Shown: positions 50,751 to 64,000, counted from the first letter of the stretch. The stretch: DNA of 64,000 nt from Narcine bancroftii (GCF_036971445.1 NC_091470.1:157108001-157172000), one strand, 5' to 3'. The notes: generated from the sequence alone by a model not told the origin. Program-made: numbers and translations.

Positions 50751-51979
50751 ACCTGAATGGTCCTCTCCTGGTCTATGTTTCTATTCATTTTCACTGGTTA
50801 GTAACATGGCAACTGGTGAAACAGCCCATTTCGTCTCCTTAACCCAATGTTCAAGATACTGCTAGCACCAAGTGCGAATCTTAGCAAAATATGCCTGATT
50901 AGTAGGATCTTAGAATATCTTTAATGTGGCACAACCAACAGGGTGCTCAAGAAAGTTGATTAAGCACACAGCTAACTACCAGAATACAAGAGTTATAACT
51001 ACTGTGAATAAATGAATCAAAAATTCAGCTGAGCATTGAACCATTTCACCAATGAAAATTAGAACAAATTGGAATTAGAAATGGACTACCAACCACTTAC
51101 ATGTATGGAATGGCTACTTGATTTTTTTTCTAAGCAGTTCAGTCTTGCAGATGGCCATGATACCGTCTTCTGTCCATCCTTGGGGGAATCCATTTTCTTC
51201 GGGCACTTGACAAGTCTTTGAGAATCAATTTATCCTTTAGGTTATGCGCATGGGAAAAATTAAGCATCAAATCAGCTCCTACATAGAAAATTAGGTTTTA
51301 TGGAAGGCAGAAGTTTGCATCCAGTACTGACTCATGGCAGAGATGCTCAGGAAACCACAAGTGTTCGACTTTTCATAAACTTTAGGAAGAGGCATAACTT
51401 TTTTTTTGCTACACTGATTGGGGAATTATTCAAGGCAGAACTGATTTTCCCTTCATGGAAACCATTACCATTGTGATCTTGATATTGCAAGCCTGTCTCA
51501 TGAAAGAAACATGCAGCCATAAAAATTGGGCCAAGACTTGCATAACATTATAAAATGTTACACTGGCCCTCCGTACCTGAACTACTGCTGATAAAAGATG
51601 TCCCCACATACGGTGCCAAATCTCTGGCATGACTAATACAACTTGTCCAACTTCAATGCAAGTTGGCTTTTTTGGGAAAAATAAAATCAAACCAAGCATC
51701 AGGAAGATTCTTTAAAATTTCTGGATAGTAATTAATTGTACGCACTCCTTAGTGCCTTTATCTAGCCTTTAACATCCCACAATAAATAATGTCTACCACA
51801 ACTGTCCTCATCAAGCTTCACTTTCTGTATCACCAAAGATCAGTCGATAAACCAATTTCAGCTAAAATGGATTTTTCCACAGGATGAGATCAATTTTTTT
51901 TTAAAAACTAAATTCGGGACAATGATTTACACATTTCAAGGGCAAGTTTCTAAAAAAAAAATCTGACCCGGTGTAACAA

Positions 51980-52225
51980 ATAGAATACAGAACAGTACAG
52001 GCTCTTCGGCCCTCGATGTGGTGCTGACCAAAATATTCCTTCCTTTAAAAAAAGTACTAAACTGTCCCTACTCCATAACTCTTTATTTTTCTTTCATCCA
52101 TGTGTCTGTCAAATAGTCTCTTAAATGCCCCCAATGTTTTAGCCTCCACCACCATCCCTGGAAAAATATTCCAGGTACCCATGACTGTGTTAAAAAAACT
52201 TACCCCTGATGTCTCCCCTAAACTC
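51980..52225 (-). mobile_element. CR1-clade LINE 3' tail
   Basis: Reverse complement resembles 12290-12510. Confidence 0.7.
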
Positions 52226-52844
52226 CTCTAACAACTTTTTACCAAGTTCATTCCTTAGTCCAACAGATTTTCCAGCCCAAAATATATTTTCCAGAAACTC
52301 AATTTTCTGAAGATGCATGAATTGCACAATGTTTGGAACTGCTGAATTTCAGGCTACCCTGTCATCTGCAGAAGTACACTACATCAAGTATTTTTTTCCC
52401 TCACTACCACACTCTCACCCACCCACAACTGAGATTGACATTCTGCAGACACCCAGACTTAACAGGGAAAAAATACCCAGGGATCAAAATTTTGTCAGGA
52501 CAACAAAAAAACCCAGCAAATGATAAGTCCAGATAATCAAGTTCTTATTATTCCACTTACATTTTCCCATCAGACAATTTAAATCTTTAACTTGCATCGA
52601 CTAAGTCCCATTGAACACTGGCATATTTCCAACAAACTGCAAGATCAAGATTGCCATTGAATTGATGTGAACATAAATGATATGTCACAGTTAGTGCAGG
52701 TACAGCTTCAGTACAATGTTTCAGGCAGGACAGTACCTCGAAGTCTGGATGAAATCCAGAGCTGTTCATAACTACAATCATTCAGGATTTCATTAAAGCT
52801 CCTGCACTATTTACGACTAGCACTCCAAGAGCAATCCTGAGGTT

Positions 52845-53012
52845 AAATTTAATTTTAAATTTAGACATACATACAGCATGGTAACAAAATATTTCAGCCC
52901 ACGAGTCCATGACACCCAATTTACACCCAATGAATGGTGGGAGAAACTGAAGCCCCCGGAGAAAACCCATGCAGATACAGGGAGAATGTACAAACTCCTT
53001 GCAGACAGCGCA
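52845..53012 (-). mobile_element. V-SINE (HE1-like)
   Basis: AAATTTAGACATAC..GGGAGAAACTGAAGCCCCCGGAGAAAACCCA matches the other copies. Confidence 0.78.
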
Positions 53013-54463
53013 TTATAGAAAACACAATTTATTGCAACAATTTAATTTTTTTAAATTCCCACGTCAATTATGAAGGTTTTAAATCAACTTTATTTAATCC
53101 TTTCAATGCAAACTATCTAGTTAGCCTAACAAGGATATAGCCCATTTGAAGTTAAGCCTTTTTTGGCATCACTTAGATTACAGGAATAATTAACTGCAAG
53201 ATCATGAGAACAAAGCAGCAAAATGTTTAAACTTTGATTCCAAAGGCAAATTCTTATCCAGATTTTAAGAGCATCCCAACTTTTGAAATTTGAAATTAGA
53301 AATTGCCCCAGGCTAATTTTGGAGAGATGATTTTCAGATCACCTTTTGTACCCTGCTCAGATCTGCTGTATTCCATCCAACTTTGCTGAAGAATAGTAAA
53401 AGACCAAGTCAAATTTGATTATAAATGATGGATGTAGCTATTGCCTGAAAATTGTTAGTTTTGCCAGCTTGTGAATACTTTATTAAATGAGTACCATTTT
53501 ATCATCTAGCAACCTTAAATGACAACACTTGCATTTAAAACTGGTGCAGATTCTATCAATGAACATATGGAATACTAGAAAACTGCCATACCTTGCACCT
53601 GATTTTGAATAACTGCCAATACAAAATACCTGAATATCTGTGTGTTGTATCAGACATTCAAGAGACCGTTTCCTTTTCAAAGAGATTTTTTTTATTGGAT
53701 TTTTAAAAGATTACTACATACATATATAACACATTTGAACACCTATCACTTCTAACACTCCCTTAAATTTTGTCTGGAGCCATCTCAATACATATCTTTG
53801 TCTTCATTGGGTTTTTTTTAAAAAAGATGGTGTTGGTGGGGATACAGGGAAAACATATACTGTACTGACTGCCCACCCAAGATTAACTTCAAATTTTAAA
53901 AAGGATTTGTATGCAAACATTTTTGCATCCCAAAAATCTCAGAACAATACACCAAGGCTTGTGAAATAAAAGTTGAAAGATAGAAAAATACTAATGAAAG
54001 CTGTACTGAAGGGCAAGTAATGAATTTGGTCATAGAATATTTGTACCATCTTGTTTAGGCTGACTTGAATACTCTGGAATACTTTCACACACCCTAGAAA
54101 TGGGCAATTGGCTTCCATAGATTTATGATCAAATGTCCTATAGAAGGTTAACACAAACACTCGCTCCTTTCTAAAAGAAACTCTCAGCTTGTCTCATTTG
54201 AAAACATGGTTATGTTTTAGGTTCAAACTCCACATGAAGAATTAACTAAGTCTGGAGCACGATTCCATCAATGCAGTAATTCACAATACTTTTAATAATT
54301 AACTTCTTTTGAATTAGACATCAAAGGGCAGAGGACTGATGTACCCAAATACATTGCAGTTTGTGCAATATTTCTGGCTTTGATAATTTGTTTACACATC
54401 ACAGCACACCAAAACATGATACATGGTCAATTATCCAACATTCAATAGAACTATGTACAAATA

Positions 54464-56255
54464 CAATGAAACCCCCATTTAATGCATCCCAATTTAGCAC
54501 GAATCTGGATATAACGCGATGAGCCATTGGACTCTCATTTTGCTCTTTCCGAAATTGAATTGTTTTTAAAAATGGTACACAACGTTAGAAAACAAAAATC
54601 TTTTTCTGTGAAAGATAAGCTTCACGCACTTGATGCGATAAAAAATAAAAGTCAAACCCAAGCTGTACGAGACCTCAGCATATCTGAATCTCAGGAAGAT
54701 AAGTTAAGCGTGTTGCTTTGGAAAGTTCAGGAAGAGGCAGGACTAAAGGCCAAATGCATGAAGATAGCCAACATGTCAGCCTCGATGACTCCCTGTATGA
54801 GTGGTTCGTTCAAGTGCGCTCAGAAGGCCTTCCAATATCCAGGCTATTCTCAAACCTCATGCTGAGAAGTTTTACAAGCTGTTCAACGGAGAAACCTTAA
54901 AGTTCAAAGCTAGCAATGGATGGCTAAACCGGTTTAAACGTCGTCATGAGATTTCTCAAGAGTTAGTGTCTGGAGAAATTCGCTTAGCCAACAGTGAATA
55001 CCTGGCAGAACTAAAAGCTCTCTTAGAAGGTGGCTACATCGAAGAACAAGTGTACAATGACGACGAAACAGGCCTCTGCTACAAGATTATCCCTGACCGC
55101 ACGCCGTCTAGCAAAGATGACGCCCATTGACATGAGGGGTTCCAACAATGCAAAGATCACGTGACATTGTTGTTTTGTGTTAACGAGACTGGTGCACACA
55201 AGTTAAAACCACTCATGATCAGCAAATTTCATTCGCCCCGCTGTTTCCACCATGTCAACGTGAAGTCATTACTATTTGAATACACGCATTGCAGCAATGC
55301 TTGGGTGACCAGCGTCATCTTTGAGGATTGGTTTTACAAAACTTTTGTCCCTGGTGTCCATGCTCATTTGCATAAGCAAAAGCTAGAACTCAAAGCTCTA
55401 TTTTTGCTTGACAACTGTCTTGCCCACAGGCCAGCTGCCAACCTAGAAAGCAGCGACGGAAAGATCCTAGTTTCTTACCTCCCAAAGAACACGATATCTA
55501 AGATCCAGCCCCTAGATCAAGGGACCATCTATGTGTTCAAGCAGAATTACAGACTATAATTAATTCGTAGAATTGTAGATGAATCAACCACACTGGAAGA
55601 CTATCTGAAAAGCATGAACATTAAGGTGGGCAGCAGTCAGCTCCTCATGTGTGGAAAAATGCTGGGAGAAGGGTCTGGGTCCAACCTTTTCATCAAGACA
55701 ATCCACCAAGGAAGATGATGAGCAAAAATTCTATGGCTTCACAGGTGAAGAGGTGCATGAGGCAGAGAAGCTGTTTGAAATGAGCAAAGCGGATTTACGC
55801 CAGTGATACAATGCCAATGACGAATGCTCAATAAATGAGCATCTGACATACTCCAAGAATGTCCATAACGTTACTATAGCACCGGTTCCCAAATCACAGG
55901 AGGATGATAATTAGGAGCCTCCATTCCTACCCCAAAAAATGTCTGAAGTCATTGAGCACCTCGAGGCTAGCCAACATTGGCTGGAGATCAAGGATGTGGA
56001 CCACATAAAAGTCCTCCAGCTCAGAAACATTTTGGATTTTGCTCTCAACCAGCAACATGCAATGAACACTCAATTGCATTTTTAATAAAATTATTAATAT
56101 AAGAAATAAAATGATGATTGCAAATATAGGTATTGTACATGCATTTTTTATTTTTTTGAAAACACTGTTTTTCATGAACCCCGATTTAGTGTGACCCCGC
56201 TTTTTTCATGTGAATTTTTGGACCCAAACTATTGTGTTTGAATGGGGTTCTACTG
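54464..56255 (+). mobile_element. Full-length decayed Tigger/pogo DNA transposon (transposase pseudogene)
   Basis: TA flanks (54462-63, 56256-57), imperfect TIRs CAATGAAACCCCCATTT / GAATGGGGTTCTACTG. ORF pieces from ATG 54572: psq-like HTH (RKQKSFSVKDKLHALD), CENP-B HTH (LYEWFVQVRSEGLPIS, FKASNGWLNRFKRRH), DDE domain (VYNDDETGL, LLDNCLAH, PKNTISKIQPLDQG); frameshifts and stops. Confidence 0.93.
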
Positions 56256-58119
56256 TACAACTTTGCCAAATGAAAACAAGGCTGTTTGTTTCTCATATGA
56301 ATAAAGCCAATTATATAATGCAATAAATAGCATTATTTCAAAGGGTGAAGTGGGATGGGTCCTGGTCAATGGAGTCATAGAAACAGCCCAGTGTCCATGA
56401 CAACCATCAAGTGGACATCTATATTAATCCCATTTAACAGCACCCGGTCTGTAACTTTCTAGGCCTTGCCGACTCAAGTGCTTTGCAAAACATTTTTAAA
56501 ATGTGGTGACAGTATTTGCCATCACCTTCCTCTCAGGCAGGTTGCTCCAGATCACAACCACATTGGGGAGGAAATCCTCAGAACTCAACACTCACTCTTC
56601 CTCTTAAACCTGTGTGCTTTGGCATAGAAGTGTCTGTTAGGGGAAAATATTCTCACTACGTCTCTCAATCTTTTATTTATGCTTTCACTAATGCCATCTA
56701 GACATATTACCTCCATAAAAACTGATTTGGTCATTTCCACTGTGTGAAAATTGGCTGTTGTTTCTGCGTTGATACCCCAACTACATTTCCAAGGTGCTGG
56801 GGACATAATAAGTTGTTAAGGACACAAATGTGAATTATTTTAAAAAGTACGGTTAGATTCTCATTTCAACTGTTATTCACACAAGCACAGCTCTAAATAG
56901 CCAAATGATGTGAAACTCATCACCAACATGTCTAGTTATCCTCAAACTAAATCCTGCTGGCAGCTGATTTACAAATCTACTCAAGGTCACAACATCGACT
57001 TTTAAATGTTTAACTGAATCAGTTTTTCCAAAGCATCATTTAGCAGAGTGCTAAGAAAGCCCTGTGCCCAATGCAGGCTTGGGCTGTAAACTCCATTACC
57101 TTAGCTTCAGTGGTTAGTTTTCATCCTATTGAAAATGAAGTAACCTGCTTTGAACACCATGAGCAACAAGAACACCATTTAACTTAATCCCATCACACCG
57201 ACCTTCTGTACCAATTAGTCTACCAAGTGAAGATTTACAATCTTAGTTATAGTAGCAATTTTAATACATTGCAATATTACTATGTAAATATTAAAAGTAT
57301 ATTTTTAGAAACCAAAAAATTACAAACCTAAAAAAATACATTTTCACATCTTGGTGCTTCAACCTTCTGAGAAGGTTTCTGGATTGTATGGCATGCTATC
57401 TCCCTGGATCCTTCCTAAATTTCCAAGCAAAATAAGTGCTCAGGATTTGCTGGTGTGCAAGGACTGGGAAAGGAAGAGGGGAAAAAAAAATGAAATTTAA
57501 AACCTTTATACTGCTTGAGATCAAATACTGATAAGATACAAAGTTCCAAGTCTATTACCCTGGTCCAAAATTAATACAAAATAAGATCCCATTAACATGT
57601 TAACCAATTAATTTGCTCAATTAGACCCAAGAAACTCAAAAGTCAGGCTACCGATATTTTAACAAATTTTCCAGTAAAAAGCAACCCGCTGGATTGGTAC
57701 CCACGACACCAATGAAACATTCATTGTCTTTGCCCCCTTACACTACAGTTACTCACTCACTTGGACTAGTGCACCTCCCAAACTTGCAACCATTACTACC
57801 AAGGAAAAGGGAAGTTGGCATACAGGAACACCATCACTTACAAGTTCTCCCAACTCTCAAAATCTTCATTGTGTTCAACTCCTGAGTGGAACACTGAGGG
57901 AATGCCTTTATCAAGAAGACAACAGCCGTTCTCCACCACTTGCAATAAGAGATAGAAAATAAATTCTGGCAACATTGGATATAATAGAAACTGCAATTCC
58001 TAGACAAAATTTTCCTCAGGATCTCATCTTGTAATATATTCTCTCCAAGTCAAAAACTAATGCAAATGGTGAAATTTTCTCTGAAAATGTCTTAAAACAC
58101 TGACATTTGCACTCTGTGA

Positions 58120-58810
58120 AAAGACAATCTACCTTGTTTCTCTAATCTTATAGACTTCTAGCAGATCGCCTCTCAACCTCCGCCACTCCAAAGGAAACTA
58201 TCTGTGTGCCTTACCTCCCATTTTAGCTCATACTAAATCAGACCCTGAGGCACAATTTCAGGATTGAAGGGTGTCATCTTAGAACAGAGATATGGAGAAA
58301 TATTTTTAGTCAGAGGGTCGTCAATATGTGGAATCTGTTGCTACAGACAGTTGTGGAGGCCAAGTCATAAGGTGTATTTAAGGAAGAGATTATCCAGGGC
58401 ATCAAAGATTATGGGGTAGAGGTCAAAGAGTGAGGTTGAGTCGAAGAATGGATCAGCTCATGACTAAATGCTCCTCTGTCTTTTGGTCTGATGAACATCT
58501 TCTGCACAAAGCCTCCATATTACTATGTAATGCAGTGATCAGAAGTGCACACAATACTCCAAATGTGGCTTCAAAGTTTTTTTTCCCCCCACAGCTGCAA
58601 TGTGACTTCCCAAATGTTTATAATTGATGCCCAGAGGATGGCTTTCTATACTAATCCAAGGATTGGAATTTTCAGGGAGCTGTGGACTTCACCCTAAAAT
58701 CCCTTTGTACGTCAATGCTCCTGAGCTGTCCTGCAATTTACAGAATACTTTCTTTTTGCATTTGACTTTCAAAAGTGCAACACCTCACACTTGTCTCGAT
58801 TAACTTGCTC
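58120..58810. mobile_element. Mixed-orientation CR1 fragments
   Basis: Minus-strand CR1 interrupted by a plus-strand CR1 3' piece (~58240-58490) similar to 26210-26470. Confidence 0.6.
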
Positions 58811-58939
58811 AGACCATTAAACCAAGAACTTTACAAAGGATGTATTTAAAATTAAATTCCAATTCTCAGCCTACTCCTAAAGGAAATCTTCAGAGGTGAA
58901 AAGTCCAGGGCACTTCGTGCACAGGAGAGGAAAGGAATA

Positions 58940-59302
58940 GAGTTGTGAACTCAACCAGCGCCATTACGTCCATCAGTCCACTCCATTAAGGACATCTATA
59001 AGAGGCAGCATCTCAAGAAAGCAGCCTCTATCCTCAAGGATACCATCAATCCAGGCCATGCCCTCTTCTCACTGCTACCAACAGATAGTAGATACAGGAG
59101 CCTGAAGATGAATACCCAATGGCGCAGAAATAACTTCTTCCTCTGCCATCAGATTTCTGAATGGATAGTGAATCACAGACACGACCTCACTTTCTCTTCT
59201 TTTACACTTTTTTTTTTAAAAATGCAATGAACAGCAATTTTGCACCTGAAATGCTACTGCAAAGTAACAAATTTTGTGACATGTTCATGACAAATTCTGA
59301 TC
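58940..59302 (+). mobile_element. Rex1-clade LINE 3' end
   Basis: Similar to the reverse complement of 35810-36130 (AAGAAAGCAGCCTCTATC..CATGCCCTCTTCTCACTGCTACCA..CATCAGATTTCTGAATGG). Confidence 0.75.
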
Positions 59303-59981
59303 AATCATATTTTGTCCTCAGTTCCACATAGATTAAAGCAGAAACTAAATGACTGAAATGTTAACTGCTCTCTAATCATTTTGAAAGAAATTCAGGTAAT
59401 TAATTTTTGCAATTTGGGAAAATTCTCTTACATATCATGCTCTGAGCCTCAATCAAAAAACAACCTGCTTGAGAAACTCAACATCTCTGTTGGGGGAAAT
59501 TCTCATCAATTCCTATCCTCTCCCTGATACTGTTCGATCTGCTGAGTTGCTAAAGCAGACTTTTTTGGTTGTCTATTCCATCTGTAGTCTCGTGTCTATG
59601 TTATAGTCTTCATCCTCAAGAGGATTCAGTTTCCATTTAGAGTTTTCAACCCCAATAGAAATCTAATCAATATACTCCGACTATACAATAGTAAGATCCT
59701 TGAATAAAGCCAGTGAGAGAGAAAGATCTTGAATAGGCTGGATGTTAATTAAAATGGATTCAGTATAAACTGAGTGCACGTAATTAGGACTTCAATACTA
59801 TGGATGTTCTCTTAAGGGAACGCTGATGTTGACTGAACATTTTCTGTACGCTGTATTAGTGGCATCGTGCACGTCCCTCAGTTCTGTTCTTGATACTCCA
59901 CCTTCTCAGCAGCAGAGGAGGGACCACCAAGTGCCTGCCACATCATGACTTTTATTTCAGATACAAGGTCTTCACTATCAA

Positions 59982-60205
59982 GGGTGGCACGGTTAGTGCA
60001 GTGGCAAGTGAAACACTGTTATTGCGCCAGAGATCGGGACCAGAGTTCGAATCCCGTGCTGTACATCCTCCCCATAATAGCTGGAATTTCACCAGGGGCT
60101 CAGTTTCTTCCACATTTCAAAACATACCAGAGTGTAGGTCAATTAGGCAGCATGGCCTTATGGGCAAAAAGGGCCTGCTGCTGTACTGTATGTCTAAATT
60201 TAAAA
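59982..60205 (+). mobile_element. V-SINE (HE1-like), near full length
   Basis: A-box-like GGTGGCACGGTTAG, B-box GTTCGAATCCC, tail GGCCTGCTGCTGTACTGTATGTCTAAATTT. Confidence 0.82.
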
Positions 60206-60969
60206 TTCCATCGGGAGGCCGAGAAATTCAATCTGGATGCTTAAAAAAGATAGAATGGAATTATGATATTGGTAATCATTTTGCTTGATGCAAATAATAA
60301 ATTAATATCCTTTACACTCAAAGCACGTTTTACAATTAGAATCGAAGAATTTGTAATGGAGTTAGAAATTGTGAGGTTAGTGTGAAGTTTTGAAATGTTA
60401 AAAACTATGTTGAAGGTTTTACATCACTAATGTTCCTTAACCTGCAAAATGCCATTAAAATCTGACTGGTTACAACAGAAGATGCAGAATTGTGAATCAA
60501 AGCCCAAGTACCCTTCAAAAAGCTCCATTAGTCAAAACTGAAATTTACTCGTCATATATTCAGATCCCAAATGGAACTGTTAATCTATATATTAATATTG
60601 GTTGACAATTGTACTACAATTGGATAATCAGATAATGCCTTGGCATTTGAATTAGAATGCAAGCCTATAGAGAGACTAATCCTATAATTATTGATGAAAA
60701 TAGTCTCACCTGAATTAGAAGAGCAATGGAAGGTTCAAGGACAATGATTAGATGAGGGAATGGGCAAGTAAGAAAATAAGATTTAACTGTGGTCAATACT
60801 GAAACTGGAGCTAGGAAGCCAAACACAAAATAGTGACTTCATTAAGCCAAATCAACAGCTTATTCCAAAATTACTGACACAAAACACTATTCTTTTATTC
60901 CACTTCTCTAATGCTATCTGACATTGAGTATTATGAGCAATTTTTTTTGTTAAATATCTTATATTCCAA

Positions 60970-61935
60970 CACCAATGGCAGTGCAGTCAGAGCTGCTGGA
61001 GTGGATGCAGGGAGAACAGAGAGCAGAGACACAGCTCTGCCCCAAAGGGTCCTTCCGCAGAATTCGACTGTCAACAGCTCCAGGCAGGTTTTAAGCAGCT
61101 TGTTAAAGGAACCATTGCGATGTCTGGGCGAAGATGGCAGTGCCTGTGATCTGCAGTGACACAAGGAATGCAGACTCAGGACGAGCAGAAGACAGGAATG
61201 GAGAGAACACACCCCCTCCTCACACCACATTGTGAGGGAGAACCAGAAGAAATTACCTGAAAAGCGGTGACAGACCAGCAATGGGCTCTGTGGGCGAAGG
61301 ATACACAGGCGGCGAGCTTTTTGCGGCTTGTGCGCGAGGACCCACAGGCTGCTAGAGACTGGCTCACAAGAACAAGGTATTGGTGTAGAGTTTCGAGAGC
61401 TGTTGTGAGCAAGAAGGGCTCCCAGAGGCTTCCTCGTTGAGTTAGATGTTTGGATCTGGACTCGGTTTGAATTGAAATGGGAGTCTTGTTCGGATATTGA
61501 GGCTGCAGAAGTGCTGGACGCAAACCCAAGGACACTCAGCAACTCTGGGGGACTCTTTTGCTTCTCTTTCCCTGGCTGTAAGGAGCCCCAGGCAATGCTG
61601 ATGGCATATCTTTAAATTAAAATTTTAAATTTAAACATGACATGCAAATTCGGCAAGGGTAACATGCAAATTCGTGAAGCGTTCCATATTTTCAAAAAAG
61701 AAAAATCATTCAGTAACAGGCCCTGTGCTGCTCAATTAACCTACAACCCCATTTGTTTTTTGAAGGAAACCAACGCATAGACAGGGAGAACTTGCAAACT
61801 CCTTATAGACAGTGCTAGATTCAAACCTGGGTCATGGCACTAACTACGGCGCCTTTGTCTGCCTAAAGGCAATTTTGTGTAATATGACACTTCTGTTTTA
61901 TTACATGACAATCAATAGTATCTGATCTGACTAAT
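60970..61935 (+). mobile_element. Second copy of the unclassified repeat family, interrupted by a minus-strand V-SINE (~61612-61852)
   Basis: Similarity to 41350-41795; ends ATTACATGACAATCAATAGTATCTGATCTGA. Confidence 0.55.
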
Positions 61936-62010
61936 GCATAGTTCAGGCCTTGGTGGAGGGGTGGGGGGGGGGATGAAGAAGTCAGATGAATTGGATGCAC
62001 AATTACCCGA

Positions 62011-63072
62011 TGCTCCAAAAGACATCCTGAGATGGAAATATCACTTGAATATTCAGTTTCATTCACAACTGTTGAAGATGTAGAAATACAGTACTACAAG
62101 TTACACTCAAAAAGGCAAAATAAAACAGGTAATGCAAAACCAACAAGAAATCTTAAGATGCCCTATTTAATGCAAAAAATAATTGTGTTCAATACCAAGA
62201 ATATTAATTCCAAAGAAGTAATAACTTTACAGAAAATAAGTACAAAATATATTGAAATTAAGGAACTTGTTACTAGAACAATAGATTGGGTAATACAAGG
62301 AAAAGTTTCCAACAAAAGAATTCATCAGGGTGGATAGAATAGGGCAATAAGGCTTTCAGCAGTTGAGAGATCCAAAATGAGGGACATAAGCAGAAGATTA
62401 AAGTTATAAAGTAAAGCCTTTAAAGATTTTAAGGTTATGTATTTATATTGTGTCAGTGATTGGCACACCTATGAATATTGGTCGAGATAATTGATGAAGG
62501 TTAAAATACAAACAAGGAACAGGGTAGGTAAATGTGATAGATCCACATGACTATCCCAAATCGCCTATTGCCATTATCCAATTTTTAAAAAAATATATGA
62601 TCAAGGCAACATTTGGTTGAGTATTTAAATTTAATTTAGACATACAGCACGGTAAAAGGCTCTTTCAAGTCTGTGCCACCCAATTGACCTACACCCTCAG
62701 TACGTTTTGAATGGTGGGAAGAAACCGGAGCACCCAGAGGAAACTCACGACAAGGGAATAGATACAAACTCCTTACAGACAGCGTTGGATTTAAAACCCT
62801 GGTCGCCAACGGGGTAACAACATTGTACTAACTGCTATGCTAACTGTGCCAAATATGGTATCAAAGACTAATAAAATTGAAAATGAAAATTGAGGAGAAA
62901 AACATTTCACAGGCTAGTGGACCCTGGCAAAAAGGGTTGAAGCCAATCCGGACCACAGAATATCACCAGAAACATATCAAGCAGTACCCTGAGTCGATTG
63001 ATCCTCAATTGCTCCAAAAGACATCCTGAGATGGAAATATCACTTGAATGTTCAGTTTCATTCACAACTGTT
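62011..63072. repeat. 63-bp direct repeat pair (62011-62073 and 63010-63072)
   Basis: TGCTCCAAAAGACATCCTGAGATGGAAATATCACTTGAATRTTCAGTTTCATTCACAACTGTT, one mismatch. Confidence 0.92.
62625..62850 (-). mobile_element. V-SINE (HE1-like)
   Basis: TTTAGACATACAGCACGGTA...GGGAAGAAACCGGAGCACCCAGAGGAAAC...CAAACTCCTTACAGACAGCG. Confidence 0.82.
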
Positions 63073-64000
63073 CAAATAACAATGCAATTCCTGCATGGAT
63101 ATGCTAATTCCTGGACAATGTTCAGACTTGATAACTAAGGCCAAGTAACGTCCACACCACACAAATGCTGAACAACACCCATTTCCATCAGGAGATTCCA
63201 AATACTTCGCCTTGACAGTTATCCTACAATCTATATCCATTGCCTGGACTTCACAAATTCGATCAGATGCACATATTATACCACTCCAACAGCAGATACA
63301 CTTTGGTATTCTACATTTGAACTATTTTCACACACAGCTCAAATAAATATTCATAAAGACGGTGGGTTTATCTACTATAATTGGCAACATGTCTACCACC
63401 ACAATGTGGCTGCAGAGTGGCCCATCTACAGGATGGGACTCAATGAGTTTAACAAGGCTTCTGAAAATTCACCTTCTATAGCCATGATTTCAATCAAAAG
63501 ATGAAGTCCTGTTGTATGCAAATACCACATTCTCCAACATAGATAAAATCCTGACTTCAAACGCATCACCAATCTTCATTGGGTCAAAAATCCTGGAACT
63601 TTCTTTTGCGAGCATCCTCTGCAGCAGTAAGACAAGGGATTTAAATACCTGCTTTGCCAGCCAGCAATATTTGAATACATTACTACTGGGAACCACAATC
63701 AAGATAATGTGATCATTGTCTCAGAGGACACATCATTTTTCTCTCTCACTCAAGGCAGTTGTTAATATTTATACTTCCCAAACAACTTGGATGCATTTGG
63801 ATGAAGGAATATGGTGATGGTAGAGTCTTGCTTAAGATTTGCTATGACATTACTGTCACAACTGACTCAAAGGAGCAAATATCCTGTTCCTGGTATTTTT
63901 TTTTCATAATGATGCTCTCACAATTTATGTCAATTAGATTTAATAAATATTTAAATAATCAATGCAATCCTCATTTTCTAGTTTTGAGATGACATTTCAT

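Noticed and set aside
59982-60060. tRNA-like A/B boxes here and in similar copies
   Set aside because: These are heads of tRNA-derived SINEs followed by the V-domain and tail; no full cloverleaf.
60931-61542. 203-aa minus-strand ORF
   Set aside because: Lies antisense within an interspersed repeat, has a non-ATG start and no recognisable domain.

Overview
Eukaryotic, repeat-rich vertebrate DNA. It is most likely a cartilaginous fish (shark or ray), inferred from the V-SINE/HE1-like SINEs, CR1, Rex1, L1 and Penelope repeats. Two protein-coding genes lie in tandem on the minus strand. TMEM240 is complete: 4 coding exons, 22101->17021, 166 aa. SSU72 is present only as its last three coding exons (28408->22931); exons 1-2 were not found, so everything from 28409 to 64000 appears to be one very large SSU72 intron. 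The 3' end of that intron has a U12-type (minor spliceosome) branch site. The rest is mostly transposon debris: a full-length decayed L1 with an 11-bp TSD, CR1/Rex1/RTE/L2 LINE fragments, Penelope remnants with inverted ends and hammerhead-like motifs, a full-length decayed Tigger/pogo, a Chapaev3-like fragment, hAT MITEs, many SINEs, and G-rich minisatellites. I see no evidence for a new multi-gene system. The best leads are the giant minor intron, a phase-compatible SSU72-TMEM240 read-through, a hAT-TIR-bounded palindrome built from SINE tails, and the Penelope hairpin/hammerhead elements. Exon and TSD coordinates were read base by base; boundaries of decayed repeats are approximate, and repeat families were assigned from remembered motifs, not database searches.
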